Shown: piece by piece, positions 1 to 13,201 of the stretch
Position numbering within the stretch: the stretch's first letter is position 1
Layout: every line of letters starts with the position of its first letter
Assembly (NCBI GenBank): GCA_026914245.1
Contig: CP110439.1
Coordinates: 6,448,001 to 6,512,000 of the forward strand
From: Puccinia triticina
Taxonomy: Eukaryota
Direction: 5' to 3'
Length of the DNA: 64,000 nucleotides
The notes under the pieces: model-generated
Databases searched by the model: none
Told to the model about the DNA's origin: nothing
The model's input: only the letters and a program-made list of their open reading frames with translations
Position numbers and translations under genes: made by a program

Positions 1-390
1 CATTAGCGAATTGCGCCTTCTCTGCGCTAACGCTACGCGCAAAGGGTGCGCAGCTAATTTGGCTGTTAGCGTAGCGTTAGCGCAGATGCGCGCAATTTCG
101 CTAACGCTACACACGCAGGGCGCAAAAGAGCGCGCGCTACGGTGCGCCACAGTGCTTTTAGCTGAAAAAAAGGCCTTTTTTCCGCTAAAAGCGCTGTAGC
201 GCAGCGTGGTGACTGTAGCGGCGCGGTAACACCAACAAACAATTGGCTCGCCGTTAGCGCCGCTGAAAATTAGCGCAGCGTAGCGGCGCTAACAGCGCGC
301 TAACGCTACTCAAAATGGGCGGGCGCTTTTTGCCGCTACACTAACGCGAAGTGGACCTGTAGCGTAGTGTAGTGTAGCGACCCACTGTTG
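1..390. mobile_element. MITE (partial), CAAC...GTTG-ended family rich in CGCTA/TAGCG repeats
   Basis: Dense palindromic cgctaacgctac/gtagcg motifs. Ends ...cccactgttg like the MITE at 7247-7715. A related copy lies at ~35780-36085. Confidence 0.65.
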
Positions 391-746
391 GGAAGAATGC
401 GCAAAGTTCAAACTATGAAGGTTGTGGAGCTTGGGATCAAGGAAGCAGAAAAGAATCAGGGTGCAAGGCCCGCGCCTGGCACAAGTATCACAACCCAATC
501 ACAGACCAACCCAGACCCGCACTCTTAGTCCAGTATCCCCCACTCCCTCCTAGCTCAGTAGAGAACCACGACTGACTTCATTTCTACTGAGCTAGGTAAG
601 CCTCTCTCCCCTTCCTTTCTTCACTACTGTTCTATTCACCTTATCTTGTTGTATATAGTGGAGAACCACGACTGACTTCATTTCTACTGAGCTAGTGCAA
701 TATAACTTGGGTTCTAGAAATTTTGGTTCTCTCCAAGACATCACGG
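391..746. repeat. Older LTR-like segment, interrupted by the 747-5646 element and resuming at 5647-5716
   Basis: 35-bp direct repeat GAGAACCACGACTGACTTCATTTCTACTGAGCTAG at 561 and 661. The resumed part ends ...cccttaca at 5716. Confidence 0.35.
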
Positions 747-1800
747 TGTGAGAACTCCTTTGGGATGGGTTGGCAGTCCTTTGAGGGGGAAATAACAATA
801 TGATATTCCAGCTAAGTAATACTACTGTTGCGGGTGGTTTGAAAGACCTGCCCCTCTATTATACTACAGAATTCTGACAACAAATTTATTTATTGTTGTG
901 GCGTGACTTTTATGACAGAGAAAACTTGTATGTAGTAGTCTCTATCAGACCTAGATCAGTTTTAACAAGTACAAGATGCGTATACAACCTCTATATGGCG
1001 AGATGGGCAAATAATGTAATCAAGTGAGAATATGTTTTGTTGGGTTTTTGATGGTTTCAGCAGAGAGAAATGATGATGGAGTGTGGTATGAGATTTCTAT
1101 GTTAATGTATGATGACTGTGTCTTCCGTGATGATAGCAAAAATGATGACTGGTGACCACTGAGCTGGGGTGCCTGGGTGATGCTGGAAAAATGGTGGGAG
1201 GAGGGCCTCCTTATATATTTTTTTCTGAGGCATTTTTGCTGGTGAGGGCTGCACTCGAGGCATTTCTGCTGGTGGTGACCCTGTGGATTGCACTGCCTTC
1301 TGCAAGGGGTGCATAACTTAAACTGATGTTCTGCATGACAATGTGTGATTTGTACTTTTTAAGGCAAAGGCCGCCTAGGTTGGTTGCACTGCCAAAGTGG
1401 AGGCTTTCTGACCGCATGCATCGATGTAAGGTCCGCGCAAATCTGTTGAGTTGTTGAGTGGAGGCCTAGTTGCTGCAGTTTCCAACGCGCAGGTTGCGTG
1501 AGGTGATCTGTAGCTAATAGTGGAGGCCTGCCTAACTAGTAAATCTAACTATACTCTTCTGTATATGCATCCCTTTTATGATTTATATGACTTTCCACCT
1601 GGGTATGGCCTGTACTAAACCTATAATTGTAACTAACTTCTAAACTAAAAGAGCTAGCTGGGTAGTTGAAGTGAGTGACTAGGGTTACGTTTGTATGTAG
1701 AATCTATTTCTCTAATAATATTCTATTATATGCTAGTATTGTAGGCTGTAAGTTGAGGTTTTGACAGTTTTGTTGCACGCAACAGATCTGGATCACCACA
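747..1800 (-). repeat. 3' LTR of the 747-5646 element
   Basis: tgtgagaactcc...ggatcaccaca, adjacent to the PPT. Confidence 0.9.
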
Positions 1801-2804
1801 TCCCCCCCCCAAATTAATGCTGTCCGCAGCATTCCTAAGCAAGCAACAAAACTGTCGAGTCCTTCCTGCTAAGAAATTTCTAGTCCCCTGATGTTGTTGT
1901 AAGTCCTTGACAATATTTGTACAAGTTTCCGTGCCTTCTTCCCTGTTCCTTGTGTTTTTCCGATTGGCTATTTGTGTTACATTGAGTCAACTCCAAATCG
2001 GTATTGTATCTTCCAATCTATACATCCTTTCCCTATCTCAAAATCTAGTATATGTGTGTCCTATGTAAACCTATTCCCCCCTGCCACTCCCAAATCAAAG
2101 GATCCTAACGCTCTACGAGTATACTCTGTACCCCTGACGTTGGCCCAAAGAAAAGGGATGTGGTTGATGATTCCCGACGAAAGTATAACATACGTCCCCC
2201 AGTTGATGAGTTAAACACTCTTGATTAACCTTCCCTCCAACTGGCTTCCCATATTTCTATGAATTTTTAAAATAACTCTTTCCTTCCGTCACATTGTACT
2301 CTTTTTAAGGCCTAACTATACTTCTATTTTCTCTACTAAAGAAAGGGTGATGTTGTCCAATATTACACCCATTTAAATTCTCCCCTATGTTTCCACGTCC
2401 TTCCATTTGATAATACACTTAGTCCAGAAAATCAAGCTAGGATAGTCTGTATAAAACACAATTTCTTTCTTCTTCATCCATTTTCTAAAATTTCCTATCC
2501 AGTCCTGAACTCGCTTCGTTCACCAAAATCTTCTCCATATTCCTCACTATTGCTAGTACTAGACCTACTACCTGTATTTTTGTTTGTACCCTCCTCATTT
2601 TATTTGATCTTCCAGTGATCTCATCTGAATTTCTTGCTTGTTATAAATATTTTATCCAAAAGAAGTGATTCAGTACCTCTTGTTGTCCGTTGTATCTTCA
2701 TGTATGACTCCTGCACCGTGACTTATTGATATTTCCAACCAAAAATTGATGTTAAGTTTTGAAATCATGTGATCTAGGTGAGCTGCTGATCTGTCTTCCT
2801 CTTG

Positions 2805-3050
2805 GCACTGCAGCTTAGGGTCATGCAGGACCTAGGGATTCTTTCAAGTTGCAGTTTATGGTCATGCAACCCTGGGTTTTGCTTGAAATTTGCAGTTCAT
2901 GGTCTTGCAGGACCTTGGGTTTTCCTTGAATGTTGCAGTTTATGGTCTTTCAGGACCTTCAGGTTTTTTTTTTGAAATTGCAGTTTATGGTCTTGCAGGA
3001 CCCTGGGTTTTACTTGAAAATTGCACTTTATGGTCATGCAGGACCCCTCA
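2805..3050. repeat. ~39-bp degenerate tandem repeat (ttgcagtttatggtcatgcaggacc...), about 6 copies
   Basis: Repeated unit read directly. Confidence 0.8.
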
Positions 3051-4592
3051 ATTGTCCACTTTGTTCTTCCTGTTGCAGGGAGTTCCGAATAGACGCTGCG
3101 CTGAGCTAGCATCTTTTTGCAAAAGCCGCGCGCGCTTCTGTTTGCTGTTCCGAATGTCACAACACTCGTGAAACCCCCTCATGACTTGCTGATGCGGGCC
3201 TGTGATGCCCTTGCTGGCCCTCGGATCTTCGTCAAGTCCCGATCAATGCCAAGGATGCTGCACCTCGCCCGACAGCCACCGGTACGCCCAACGGCTCCGC
3301 CGATGATCGTCCCTTTTATTCTCCCTTTTTCCTTTGTTCTTGTTCCTGCCGTCTTATTAATTTTGAATTTTTGAATTGATGGTTATGTACGAGCAGTGCC
3401 TCCACCTCGTAACCGCGGCCACGCTTGCTTATTGCCGAACATCTCAGCTTGCTTCAACCACCCGTATGGCCAAGTACTCCGCGATTGATTGACCTCCACC
3501 CTTGCAGAATCAAACTAAAAGATATCGAATACCAAAAAAAACCGTTGTCCGCCGAAGCACCGATCCTCCGCGCGCATCCATTCTCAGCTCCCTCAAGACA
3601 AATCTGCTCTATTCGCTCGATGCCAAAACTTCTCCCCTGCGTTGTCAGCCATTCGTGCATAGGCCGATTATACACTCTGCACCGTCGTTAGCCTATCCTA
3701 GCCTGCGTCATCGACGATCTATCCGAGCTGTCCTCAGCTGATCTTTGAATATAAAAAGCAGCTCCATTGTCGCCGGTCTCTTCCCCCCTATGTCCTTGTT
3801 TCTTGTGTAAGATTTCTGCTACTGAATATCCAAGGTTGTGTTGTCAAGCATTCGCGCGTAGGCCGATCATTTGATTCCACAATCCCCTGTTTATCCTTGA
3901 ATATATAAAAAATAGCACCATAGTCGCCTATTCTTTCCCCTGTGATTGAATCCATTGATGACTGTTCTTCCCCGCTATTGGCACCAACACTGTTGTATAT
4001 AAAAACCCTTGCAGCCGTAAGATCTTGTCCGCTAGGTCCTGGCCAAAAGAAGCCGCAAAAAAAAAACCCCTGCTAATACATGAAACTTTCCCAATTCTAT
4101 CTGCTGTTCCATTGCAAGTGACATCTACCATAATTATCCTTTGTATGTATTCTTCTCTAATTTGTGTATTAATTCTAATGTTACTAATTATGAACAAAAG
4201 TTGAGTTTTACAAGCGCAAGATAGTTCACTGTTTTAAAAAATTTGAATTGAACCAGCCAAAGAGAGAGCTTGTTTCCTGCCACGATGTATTGAAATTGGA
4301 TGAATGTAATGTGAAATCTCGGCAACCTGAATGAGAAGCACTCTGGATGATTTTGATAGTACTTTTGTGCAAAAGTATAGACAGTTTAACCTCTTGTCTG
4401 GGAGGCCTGTGCTGTATCTGATCTGCAGAAAGTGATTTTCTGATTTTCCAAATTGAAGTCCTAGGGTGCTCCTGTCACGACCGTCCTCTTGAGGTTAGCC
4501 GCAGTATGTTATAGGTTCTTTTTTTTTTTGTTGATCTTGATGATGATTTACTGATCTTCTTGAAGGTTGTTGGCCACTGTTGGGACACCAGA

Positions 4593-5646
4593 TGTGAGAA
4601 CTCCTTTGGGATGGGTTGGCAGTCCTTTGAGGGGGAAATAACAATATGATATTCCAGCTAAGTAATAATACTGTTACGGGTGGTTTGAAAGACCTTCCCC
4701 TCTATTATACTACAGAATTCTGACAACAAATTTATTTATTGTTGTGGTGTGACTTTTATGACGGAGAAAACTTGTATGTAGTAGTCTCTATCAGACCTAG
4801 ATCAGTTTTAACAAGTACAAGATGCGTATACAACCTCTATATGGCGAGATGGGCAAAGAATATAATCAAGTGAGAATATGTTTTGTTGGGTTTTTAATGG
4901 TTTCAGCAGAGAGAAATGATGATGGAGTGTGGTATGAGATTTCTATGTTAATGTATGATGACTGTGTCTTCCGTGATGATAGCAAAAATGATGACTGGTG
5001 ACCACTGAGCTGGGGTGCCTGGGTGATGCTGGAAAAATGGTGGGAGGAGGGCCTCCTTATATATTTTTTTCTGAGGCATTTTTGCTGGTGAGGGCTGCAC
5101 TCGAGGCATTTCTGCTGGTGGTGACCCTGTGGATTGCACTGCCTTCTGCAAGGGGTGCATAACTTAAACTGATGTTCTGCATGACAATGTGTGATTTGTA
5201 CTTTTTAAGGCAAAGGCCGCATAGGTTGGTTGCACTGCCAAAGTGGAGGCTTTCTGACCGCATGCATTGATGTAAGGTCCGCACAAATCTGTTGAGTTGT
5301 TGAGTGGAGGTCTAGTCAATGCAGTCTCCAACTTGCAGGTTGCGTGAGGTGATCTGTAGCTAATAGTGGAGGCCTGCCTAACTAGTAAATCTAACTATAC
5401 TCTTCTGTATATGCATGCCTTTTATGATTTATATGACTTTCCACCTGGGTATGGCCTGTACTAAACCTATAATTGTAACTAACTTCTAAACTAAAAGAGC
5501 TAGCTGGGTAGTTGAAGTGAGTGACTAGGGTTACGTTTGTATGTAGAATCTATTTCTCTAGTAATATTCTATCATATGCAAGTATTTTAGGCTGTGAGTT
5601 GAGGTTTTGGCAGTTTTGTTGCGCGCAACAGATCTGGATCACCACA
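4593..5646 (-). repeat. 5' LTR of the 747-5646 element
   Basis: Second copy of the LTR, adjacent to the PBS-like sequence. Confidence 0.9.
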
Positions 5647-7246
5647 ACGGTCTTGTATCAACGGACTACACTGAATAACTGTGAGATTCAGTGAAGGGCT
5701 ACTCTCAGCCCTTACACAGGGAAGCGGCTTGGAATACTCCGATGGAACTCAGAAAGAATCAGGATCAGATTTGAGATGGATCAAAAAAAGTGATGGTATC
5801 CTCCTTGGATCAGGATGTAAATTGCATGGGGGACTTGTCCCAACGGTGAAACAAATACAATACATGTGTCTGTATCTGCCTGTATTTTTATCTGTTTTGC
5901 ACCCAATATTATTTATTCGTACTGTATTCAAAGACCAATACTATACAAATGCATTCAAACTTTGATATCTTGTTGCAAATACAGCCCAATAAAAGATACT
6001 GTATTTTTATGTTTTTTGATAGTTTTTCTGTATACAGTCCACAGTGCCCCCTGCGCCTCGGTTGGGTTGGCCCCTCTGGGCTGCCCTAGGTGCGCCACCA
6101 GAGATGGCTGCAGGGCATGGCTGGATGGCGTCCTGGCGGTGTGAGAATGAAAGCTGGTTGGCTGGTGAAGAATGTCCGCTAACCGCCTCCTTCAAGAATA
6201 TTGATGTCCAGGCTGTGTGATTCTTGGTAACTCGGCTCCGCACTGCTACTTTCCGCTAGCCTTCAGCGCTCCTCTACTGAGCCTGATCTATAGCGTAATA
6301 ATCCGCAAGTGAATAAAGCTCCGCACGTTGCAAGCACAATAATCCGCAAGTAACTCTCGAATGAGGATAAGAACACAGATATTCTCTCAATAACTCTTGT
6401 ACGTCCGTAGTTGTAAGTACAATGATGATGAGTGTAATCCGTAATACGATAGGATAAAGATCCTCCCCCAAAAAGAGAGCCAAAAAACCCTTTCCGTCCT
6501 CCCCTCCATGGCACACACATCGCCGTTCCCATCCGATCCCGCACGTCTGACACTTTCCCGCACTAGTCCGCCTACTCCGCCCGCTATCCCGCTTGTCACT
6601 TTCCCAGACTCCGCTCCTCTCCGACGCTTGCCCTCCCACCGTCCTCTGTCTAGCCCCCGTCAGTCGTTCTCTTGCCACCGCCTTCACCCCGGTTCCACCC
6701 GCTGATGGAACCCGCTCGAGCTGTCATGGCTCACCCGCTGACGCGCCGCTGCTACCAGTCCACGTGTGTAGTCCCGCCGCAGTCCAGCCCTGTCTTTTTC
6801 CGCTCCGATCCAAATGCCCGATCCGAAATCCGCAATCCGCAATCCGCAATCCGCAATCCGTGCATTCCAATCCACGTGTGACTTTCCGTAAGCTTTCCTG
6901 ACCTCATCCTCAGTGCTTATGTCACCGGAATGCACCATGCCTGAGCGGCTTTGTGCATTCCCCGCCCGCGCTATCCCCCGCGTGGACATTCTACCGCGCT
7001 CGCCTATATAAATCACCACAGCGGCGTGTGTCAAAACGGGGCCATCAGGGCGTCTGATGACTGCAGGGCCCTGCTGGTGTCCGGTCGGCCACCCTGCTGA
7101 CATCCCACTTGCCCCGCTGTGTAGAGAGAAAGAAGAAGAGCAGATTTTCAATTATATTCTGGTGGGTACTAACTGCCACTGGCAATGCTACCTCCTTAAG
7201 GGAGTGCTGCCAAGCTACGCTAGAGAGTGGAACAGCCTCCTCTCAC

Positions 7247-7715
7247 CAACAATGGGCATTTACTTTACGTTTATTGGTAAAGTAAAGATATAGTAGATTT
7301 TTTTGGCTCAATACTATAACAGATAGCACTCCGATCAGTAACGAATTTGTCTTTACTATAACACATATTTGATTTTTTAATTTTTTTATACAGGTACGGT
7401 ATTAGTTAAATTAATTTGTTTTGTTTTGTTGATGGGAGCTTGCAAAAGGCTCCTTATAACCACAACAAGGCATTTGCACCTAGTTTTGCCCCTTTTTATT
7501 TCAATACGCAGGGGTAAAAGTACATTTAAACCCAGTTTTACCCCTGGTTATTGAAATAACTAGGGTTGAAACATGTTTAATAGGGATTTCTACTATATCA
7601 GTCCATTGGGAAAAATTCCTTTACTATAACCAGTAAAGTACCAGAGATTATAAAAACATCTATACTCTACTGGAAGGGCCTGGTTATAGCAAAGTAAAGT
7701 AAAGGCCCACTGTTG
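7247..7715. mobile_element. MITE with 22-bp TIR and 7-bp TSD
   Basis: TIRs CAACAATGGGCATTTACTTTAC and GTAAAGTAAAGGCCCACTGTTG. CTCTCAC is duplicated on both flanks. Confidence 0.9.
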
Positions 7716-8020
7716 CTCTCACCAAGGAAACGTGGTGGGTCTCTGAATTAGAAAAGTCTAATCAGCCACAATTTTTTAGACTTCTCTCTGGATAGTCAAG
7801 GTTCTTTACAGGGAAACCTATTTGGTTTGTTTCTTACAAAAACCACAGAAAAAGAAGGATGAATAGTAGCAGAATCCTTTGGTCATGAGGTCAAGATATA
7901 TGCTTCCTGGCTGCAGCTCCTACTTACCGTGTGTATATTTCCTTCCGCCCTTCTTGACTTGTCTTCAAGTCCCATTATTGCTCAACTTTACATCTCAACA
8001 AAAGGGATTCCTCTTGGCAA

Positions 8021-8350
8021 CAACGGTGAAAAAATACAATACGGGATTGGTATTGGCCAATACTACATATAGTATTGTTTTTTACATCAGAATTCAATAC
8101 CATGTATTGTATAGAAAAAAAGATACAATACGGTGGTATTGTATCTAAAAAAACAACACCTTTTCTGGGCAATTGGCACTAAATCCAATGGCCCCTCCCA
8201 GCAATACACTTGTATTGTATTGTATCAGAATGTATTGGAAATACAATACCATGGATTGTATTGGTTTGGTGACTTGATCCAATACCAATACAGTGTATTG
8301 GACTCAAAAAAAAAAAATACCAATACATGTACCGTACCATTTCACCGTTG
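8021..8350. mobile_element. MITE with CAACGGTGAAA TIR and imperfect 7-bp TSD
   Basis: TIRs caacggtgaaa and tttcaccgttg. Flanks are TTGGCAA and TTGGTAA. Internal caatac/gtattg repeats. One-ended relative at 5841. Confidence 0.8.
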
Positions 8351-8384
8351 TTGGTAAGCAGATATACATATACCTTCTCTCTTG

Positions 8385-8520
8385 ACAAGATTTATACCTG
8401 CTCTCCAAGAGGAATCAATCTCAGCAAGATTTATACCTGCTCTCCAAGAGGAATCAATCTCAGCAAGATTTATACCTACTCTCCAAGAGGAATCACTCTC
8501 AGCAAGATGTATACCTGCTC
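8385..8520. repeat. 39-bp tandem repeat, ~3.5 copies (related sequence at ~11030-11160)
   Basis: caagatttatacctgctctccaagaggaatcaatctcag repeated. Confidence 0.8.
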
Positions 8521-8726
8521 TCTGTCAAGCTTATGCTACTTCCAAGTATCCTTGTAGTGCTATAGCTGTAAACTGTACATAAATAAAACACAAAGGAATC
8601 AATATACTGTTGAGAACTATGACGGCTTGGACTGTGTCTACAAGGCTTAGGCCGCTTCCTGAAGCTAATGACCAGGGAACTCCAGCAACAAGGTGCAAAG
8701 ACTCTTGGTGGGAATAGAAGAAAGGG

Positions 8727-10493
8727 CAGAGAATCTGCTGTTGGACCTGGGTGCCAGCGGCACCCGGGTGCCACATCCGTTTTACCTGAAAAATGTGACA
8801 ATTCACAAGACTAAGAGTTTTTTCATTACTAGTGAGTATGCAATCAATCCTAACATACTAGGAGATATAAAGAAATAAATGAAAACTATCATGTAACTAA
8901 GAGTGGATACAAGACCGACTCTACTATAGGATAGATGAAAAAGTCTGAGAGAGAGATGAAAACTGCTGAGCAGGCTAAGAAACGTGATTGTGCTACAAGA
9001 AACGGTGTTCTTTTAAGAGCGACTGAAGTCTATGTCAGTGCCTAGACTCAGTTCGACTTAGAGTTTAAACAGTAAGAGATATCTTACTTGGACTCGGAGG
9101 AGCACAATCTTTATGGGCTCCAGATACGAGCTGCTAAGGAACCGGAGCAACAGCCGTCTAACACAGGAGTGTAGCAATCAGTCAGGGTCCTGTCCTTGCT
9201 ATAGATTTAGGCTTCTGCAACGATCTACTTACCTCCAGTGGAGGGGTCCAATATTCGATTGTTGAGGCTATAACCTTGTAGGTCTGGATTGGCGTCGGGT
9301 GCGAGCTTTCTGCAATATTGTACAATTATGTACGCATCAGCTTCAGCGCTACCTAGCTATGACGAACCCTATACGAGCGTGACTTACCTGCTTGAGGGTC
9401 CGCTTTGTTTGGGTCACTTGGGCTCTGCGTCTGGTTCTGACGTGGCTAGAGGAGAGGAACAGAGTTTGGCATTTAGCTTTAAACTACTGTCTTGGAGCCG
9501 CATGCATATGCATGGGCCTAAGAAATGCGCAGGCTCACCGCTACCCCTTTCAGGGTTAGGGTTTTGGTCTTTGCGCTTCCTATGCGCTTGCGCACCACCC
9601 GAGTCTTGACAAAAAACAGGCACCCGCACCCGTACCCGGCACCTGCCGGCGGGTGCCGCGGGTGTACCGGCGGTGTACCGGCGGGTGCCGCCGGAAAGGA
9701 TCCCTTCCGGGAGACGAGGCTGTTGTAGTCTTGTCGTCCGCAAGGGATCCGCGGACGACGAGGCTACAACAGCCTCGTCGCTCGCAAGGGATCCGCGGAC
9801 GACGAGGCTACAAAAGCCTCGTCGCTCGCAAGTGATCCCTTGCGGGCGACGAGGCTGTGTCTTGTCGTCCGCAAGGGTTCACTTGCGGATGACGAGGCTG
9901 TATCTTGTCGTCCGCAATCACTTGCGGACGACGAGGCTACAACTCGTCGTCCGCAAGTGATCCCTTGCGGACGACGAGATACAGCCTCCTCGTCCGCAAG
10001 GGATCCCTTCCGGGAGACGAGGCTGTTGTAGCCTCGTCCTCCGCGAGGGATCCGGACGACGAGGCTACAACAGCCTCGTCTCACTGAAGGGATCCCTCCC
10101 GGACGACGCGCTACAACAGCCTCGTCTCCCGGAAGGGATTCCTCCCAGACGACGAGGCTACAACAGCCTCGTCTCCCGGAAGGGATTCCTCCCGGACGAC
10201 GGCTACAACAGCCTCGTCTCCCGGAAGGGATTCCTCCCGGACGACGGCTACAACAGCCTCGTCTCCCGGAAGGGATTCCTCCCGGACGACGAGGCTATGC
10301 TGTAGCCTCTTCGTCTGGACGACCCAAACTCCGCCGCATCCGGGGGAGCTGGGGCGGTACCTGGGCAGGTACCGGGCTGCCGCACCCGTTTTACCCAAAA
10401 AACAGGCACCCGCGCGCGGGTGCGGGGCGGGTGCCGGAGGTACCTGCCAACGGGTGCCGGGTACCTGCCGCGGGTCCAACGGTAGATTCTCTG
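8727..10493. mobile_element. Non-autonomous hAT-like element with 8-bp TSD, containing a solo LTR and an internal inverted tandem array
   Basis: TIRs cagagaatctgctgttggacc and ggtccaacggtagattctctg. AGAAAGGG is duplicated at 8719-8726 and 10494-10501. Internal gacgaggctacaacagcctcgtc arrays at ~9690-10320. Confidence 0.88.
8794..9611. mobile_element. Solo LTR (818 bp) inserted in the hAT-like element
   Basis: TG...CA ends with AAAAA TSD. Removing it restores ccgttttacc..aaaaacaggcacc, which is also seen at the element's other end. Related to 46578-47344. Confidence 0.8.
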
Positions 10494-11827
10494 AGAAAGG
10501 GTGACCAGAAGGGATAAAAGACCTAGGGTAACAGGTTGTAATGGGGACAGTTGTGCTGGGGCGTTAAGGGAAGTGTTGGAGGTTGTGATTGATCAAGAAA
10601 TAGTCCTTTTGAAGAAAACCTTAGGAGAGGATTATAGCCACAAGACTTGCAAGCAGATTTTTGGAGGTATTAAGAGTCTTTAACAACTGATGAATGCTTG
10701 GAAGACTGCTAGAGAGGGTTTAGAGGATATGACTGCTATACTGAAGTACTAGTCATGGATAAAATCTAAAATCTGGGGGGAAAAGGGAGGCAAGAGCCTC
10801 CTTATATACCCTTTTGAGGTAATGTAAACTTGTTGTTGGTAGAGTGTTCCAAAACACTCTTATTTTCTTCTAACCTAATTCTTTTTTGTAAGTAATTTCC
10901 TTATATTTTTAGTTTAATATTAGTGTAAGGGTCTGTTATTCATAATGATAGGACTGAGTTTGGCCCGCACCTGCGCTGCTCACTACGTAACATACTGTGC
11001 CTGTGCTGCTCTATCTCTGACACTCTCAAAGAGGAATCACTCTCAGTGAGATGTATACCTGCTCACCAAGAGGAATCCCTCTTGATGAGCTGGGATAATA
11101 GATATGTACCATAATTTCTTGCCAAGAGGGATCCCCTCTCAGAAAGACCCCTCTCTTGGAGGCAGGTATACATATATCAGCTTGCCAAGAGCTTAGTTCA
11201 AAGTCAGCGAGCAGGCTACAAAAAACAACAAAAAGTACTGTTGTTACCCACCAAAAAGACCTGTTACCCGCCAAAAAGACCCAGGTACTGCTTCTGCGGT
11301 TGCCAAGTAACGGTATGAGTGTCTGTTTTGAGAGAAAAAGGAAGGTGGTACCTTCACTACTACCTTGGTACTGATTGCCATCTACTTGCAGTGAAAATCT
11401 GCACTGCTGCAGGTTTTTAAAACTTTTTCCCAGTTGCTGAACTCCAAGATTTGACAACAAAGTTTAGCACCCGCCATGAAGATGCTCTAACACACAGGTC
11501 ATTGCTGGAGCAGAGGCTCTACCCACATGTGCCACAGGGCTTGTACCTGGGTACAGTGGAGGACTTCCTGTCACAATCTGGGACTCGGGAGTGATCTGGT
11601 GTTATAACCATAACTTGATGAGTAGATTGCTAACTGGGGAATGTACAATGTGGGGAGGAGAGCTTGAAGATAACCTCCTCAGGAATGGAAACCCCTGGCG
11701 AGTACAAGGGGGTTTACAAGGTTGTAACATTATCCCCCGTTTAAGCCCAGTCCTTGGCGGATCCGGCTGTTTCCCCGGGCAGCATTAAAAACCCTGGCTG
11801 TTGGGAAAAAAAGCTTGCCCTCCTACA

Positions 11828-13201
11828 TTACTTCTGTTTCCGTCGACGTCTTTTGTGCTTGTTGGCGGCGTCGGGGAATCTTGTATTGAAGTTTTCGACC
11901 AACGTCTTGCAGTTCTCGAGGTTTTCCTCCGGTTCCCAGGAGTTCTCTTGAGGCCCAAATCCTTTCCAGCTGACCAAATACTCCTGTTTCTTTCCTCGCC
12001 CCTGCCGGTCGAGCACTTCTTCCACCTCCCATTCGTCCTCGCCGTCAATGCCTATGGGCCTGGGTGTTTCCACTTGTTGGCTTTCAATCAGATCCGGTTG
12101 GTGTTTTTGGAGTAAAGACATGTGAAACACCGGGTGTACACCTCTCAAAGAAGATGGTAGAGTCAGTTCGTAAGCAGACCGTGAGATAATGTTAGAAATA
12201 GGAAAGGGGCCTAGCCATCTGTCGTCCAGCTTAGGGCATGGTTGGGTTGTCGAGATATTACGGCTGTTGAGCCACACCTCATCTCCAACTTTCCAGTCCG
12301 GATTGGCCCTGACCCGCTTGTCGAATTGATGCTTCATTGATTCCTGTGCGCGTTGAAGGCATTCCTTCAGTTCTTCTTGGACCCGGCTGAGGTGTTTGAG
12401 GCGTTCTTCGACTGCCGGTAGGCACTGTTCAGGTGAGGGTATTCGCCCATAAGACAGGTTGAATCCATAATTAGCTTTGAACGGCGAGATGCCGGTTGAT
12501 GCATGGTCGTGATTGTTGTGGGCAAATTCGGCTGTTGGGAGCAGTGGTGCCCAGTTGGTCTGATGGTACCCAACAAAATGACGCAAGTATTGTTCAATGG
12601 CTTTGTTGGCGATTTCTGATTGGCCGTCGGTTTGGGGGTGGAATGCTGTCGAAGGGCGGATTCTGATTCCCAGCTGCTGGTCCAGTTCTCTTGTGATTTG
12701 AGAAATGAATATGGACCCTCGATCGGATATTATTGTCTTTGGCATACCGTGCAATTTCCACACGTTGTTGAGCATTAGATGGGCCAGGCCTTCAGCGTTA
12801 AGTGTTTTGCTGCAAGGGATGAAGTGAGCCATTTTCGTCAAGCGGTCCACCACTGTCAAGATACTATTGAATCCGTCCGAAGTCAGAAGATCGGTAATTA
12901 AGTCATAGCTGATATCGGTCCATGGACCTGCTGGAATTGGAAGGGGTTCCAATAGTCCAAAAGGCTTCTGCGTGCACGGTTTGCTCCGTTGACAGGAGTC
13001 GCAGCCGTTGACGTAGCGGTTGACGAGTTGCTTGATGGAAGTCCAGGTAAAAGAGCGCTGAATCAGGTTGAGGGTTTTAGCACGTCCGGGGTGGCCGGCG
13101 AGTTTTGAATCGTGATGACTTCTGACGATCTGATTTCTCAATTCCGTGTTACGTGGGAAAACAACACAATGACCGTAACAGAGGAGATTGTTCCTGACCA
13201 A
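11828..13201 (-). pseudogene. pol: Pol integrase plus C-terminal chromodomain
   Basis: HHCC (HDSKLAGHPG...CDSC), catalytic core (DLIT, ISDRG, QSE), GPF motif, chromodomain EWEVEEVLD...YLVSWKGFGPQENSWEP. Separated from RH by a stop. Confidence 0.93.

Larger units (their letters stand above)
747..5646 (-). mobile_element. Non-autonomous LTR retrotransposon (LARD-like) with ~1054-bp LTRs
   Basis: Near-identical TG...CA direct repeats at 747-1800 and 4593-5646, flanked by ACGG on both sides. Minus-strand PPT (plus-strand C run at 1802-1810). PBS-like TGGTGTCCCAACAGTGG on minus at 4574-4590. No gag/pol ORF inside. Confidence 0.9.

Noticed and set aside
6000..7150. GC-rich stretch with overlapping ORFs and AATCCGC repeats
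   Set aside because: No recognisable domain or element boundaries
9650..10330. Palindromic repeat array resembling CRISPR or a coding repeat
   Set aside because: Internal repeats of the hAT-like element bounded by TIRs and an 8-bp TSD
10500..11000. Possible additional solo LTR
   Set aside because: Could not define termini or a TSD
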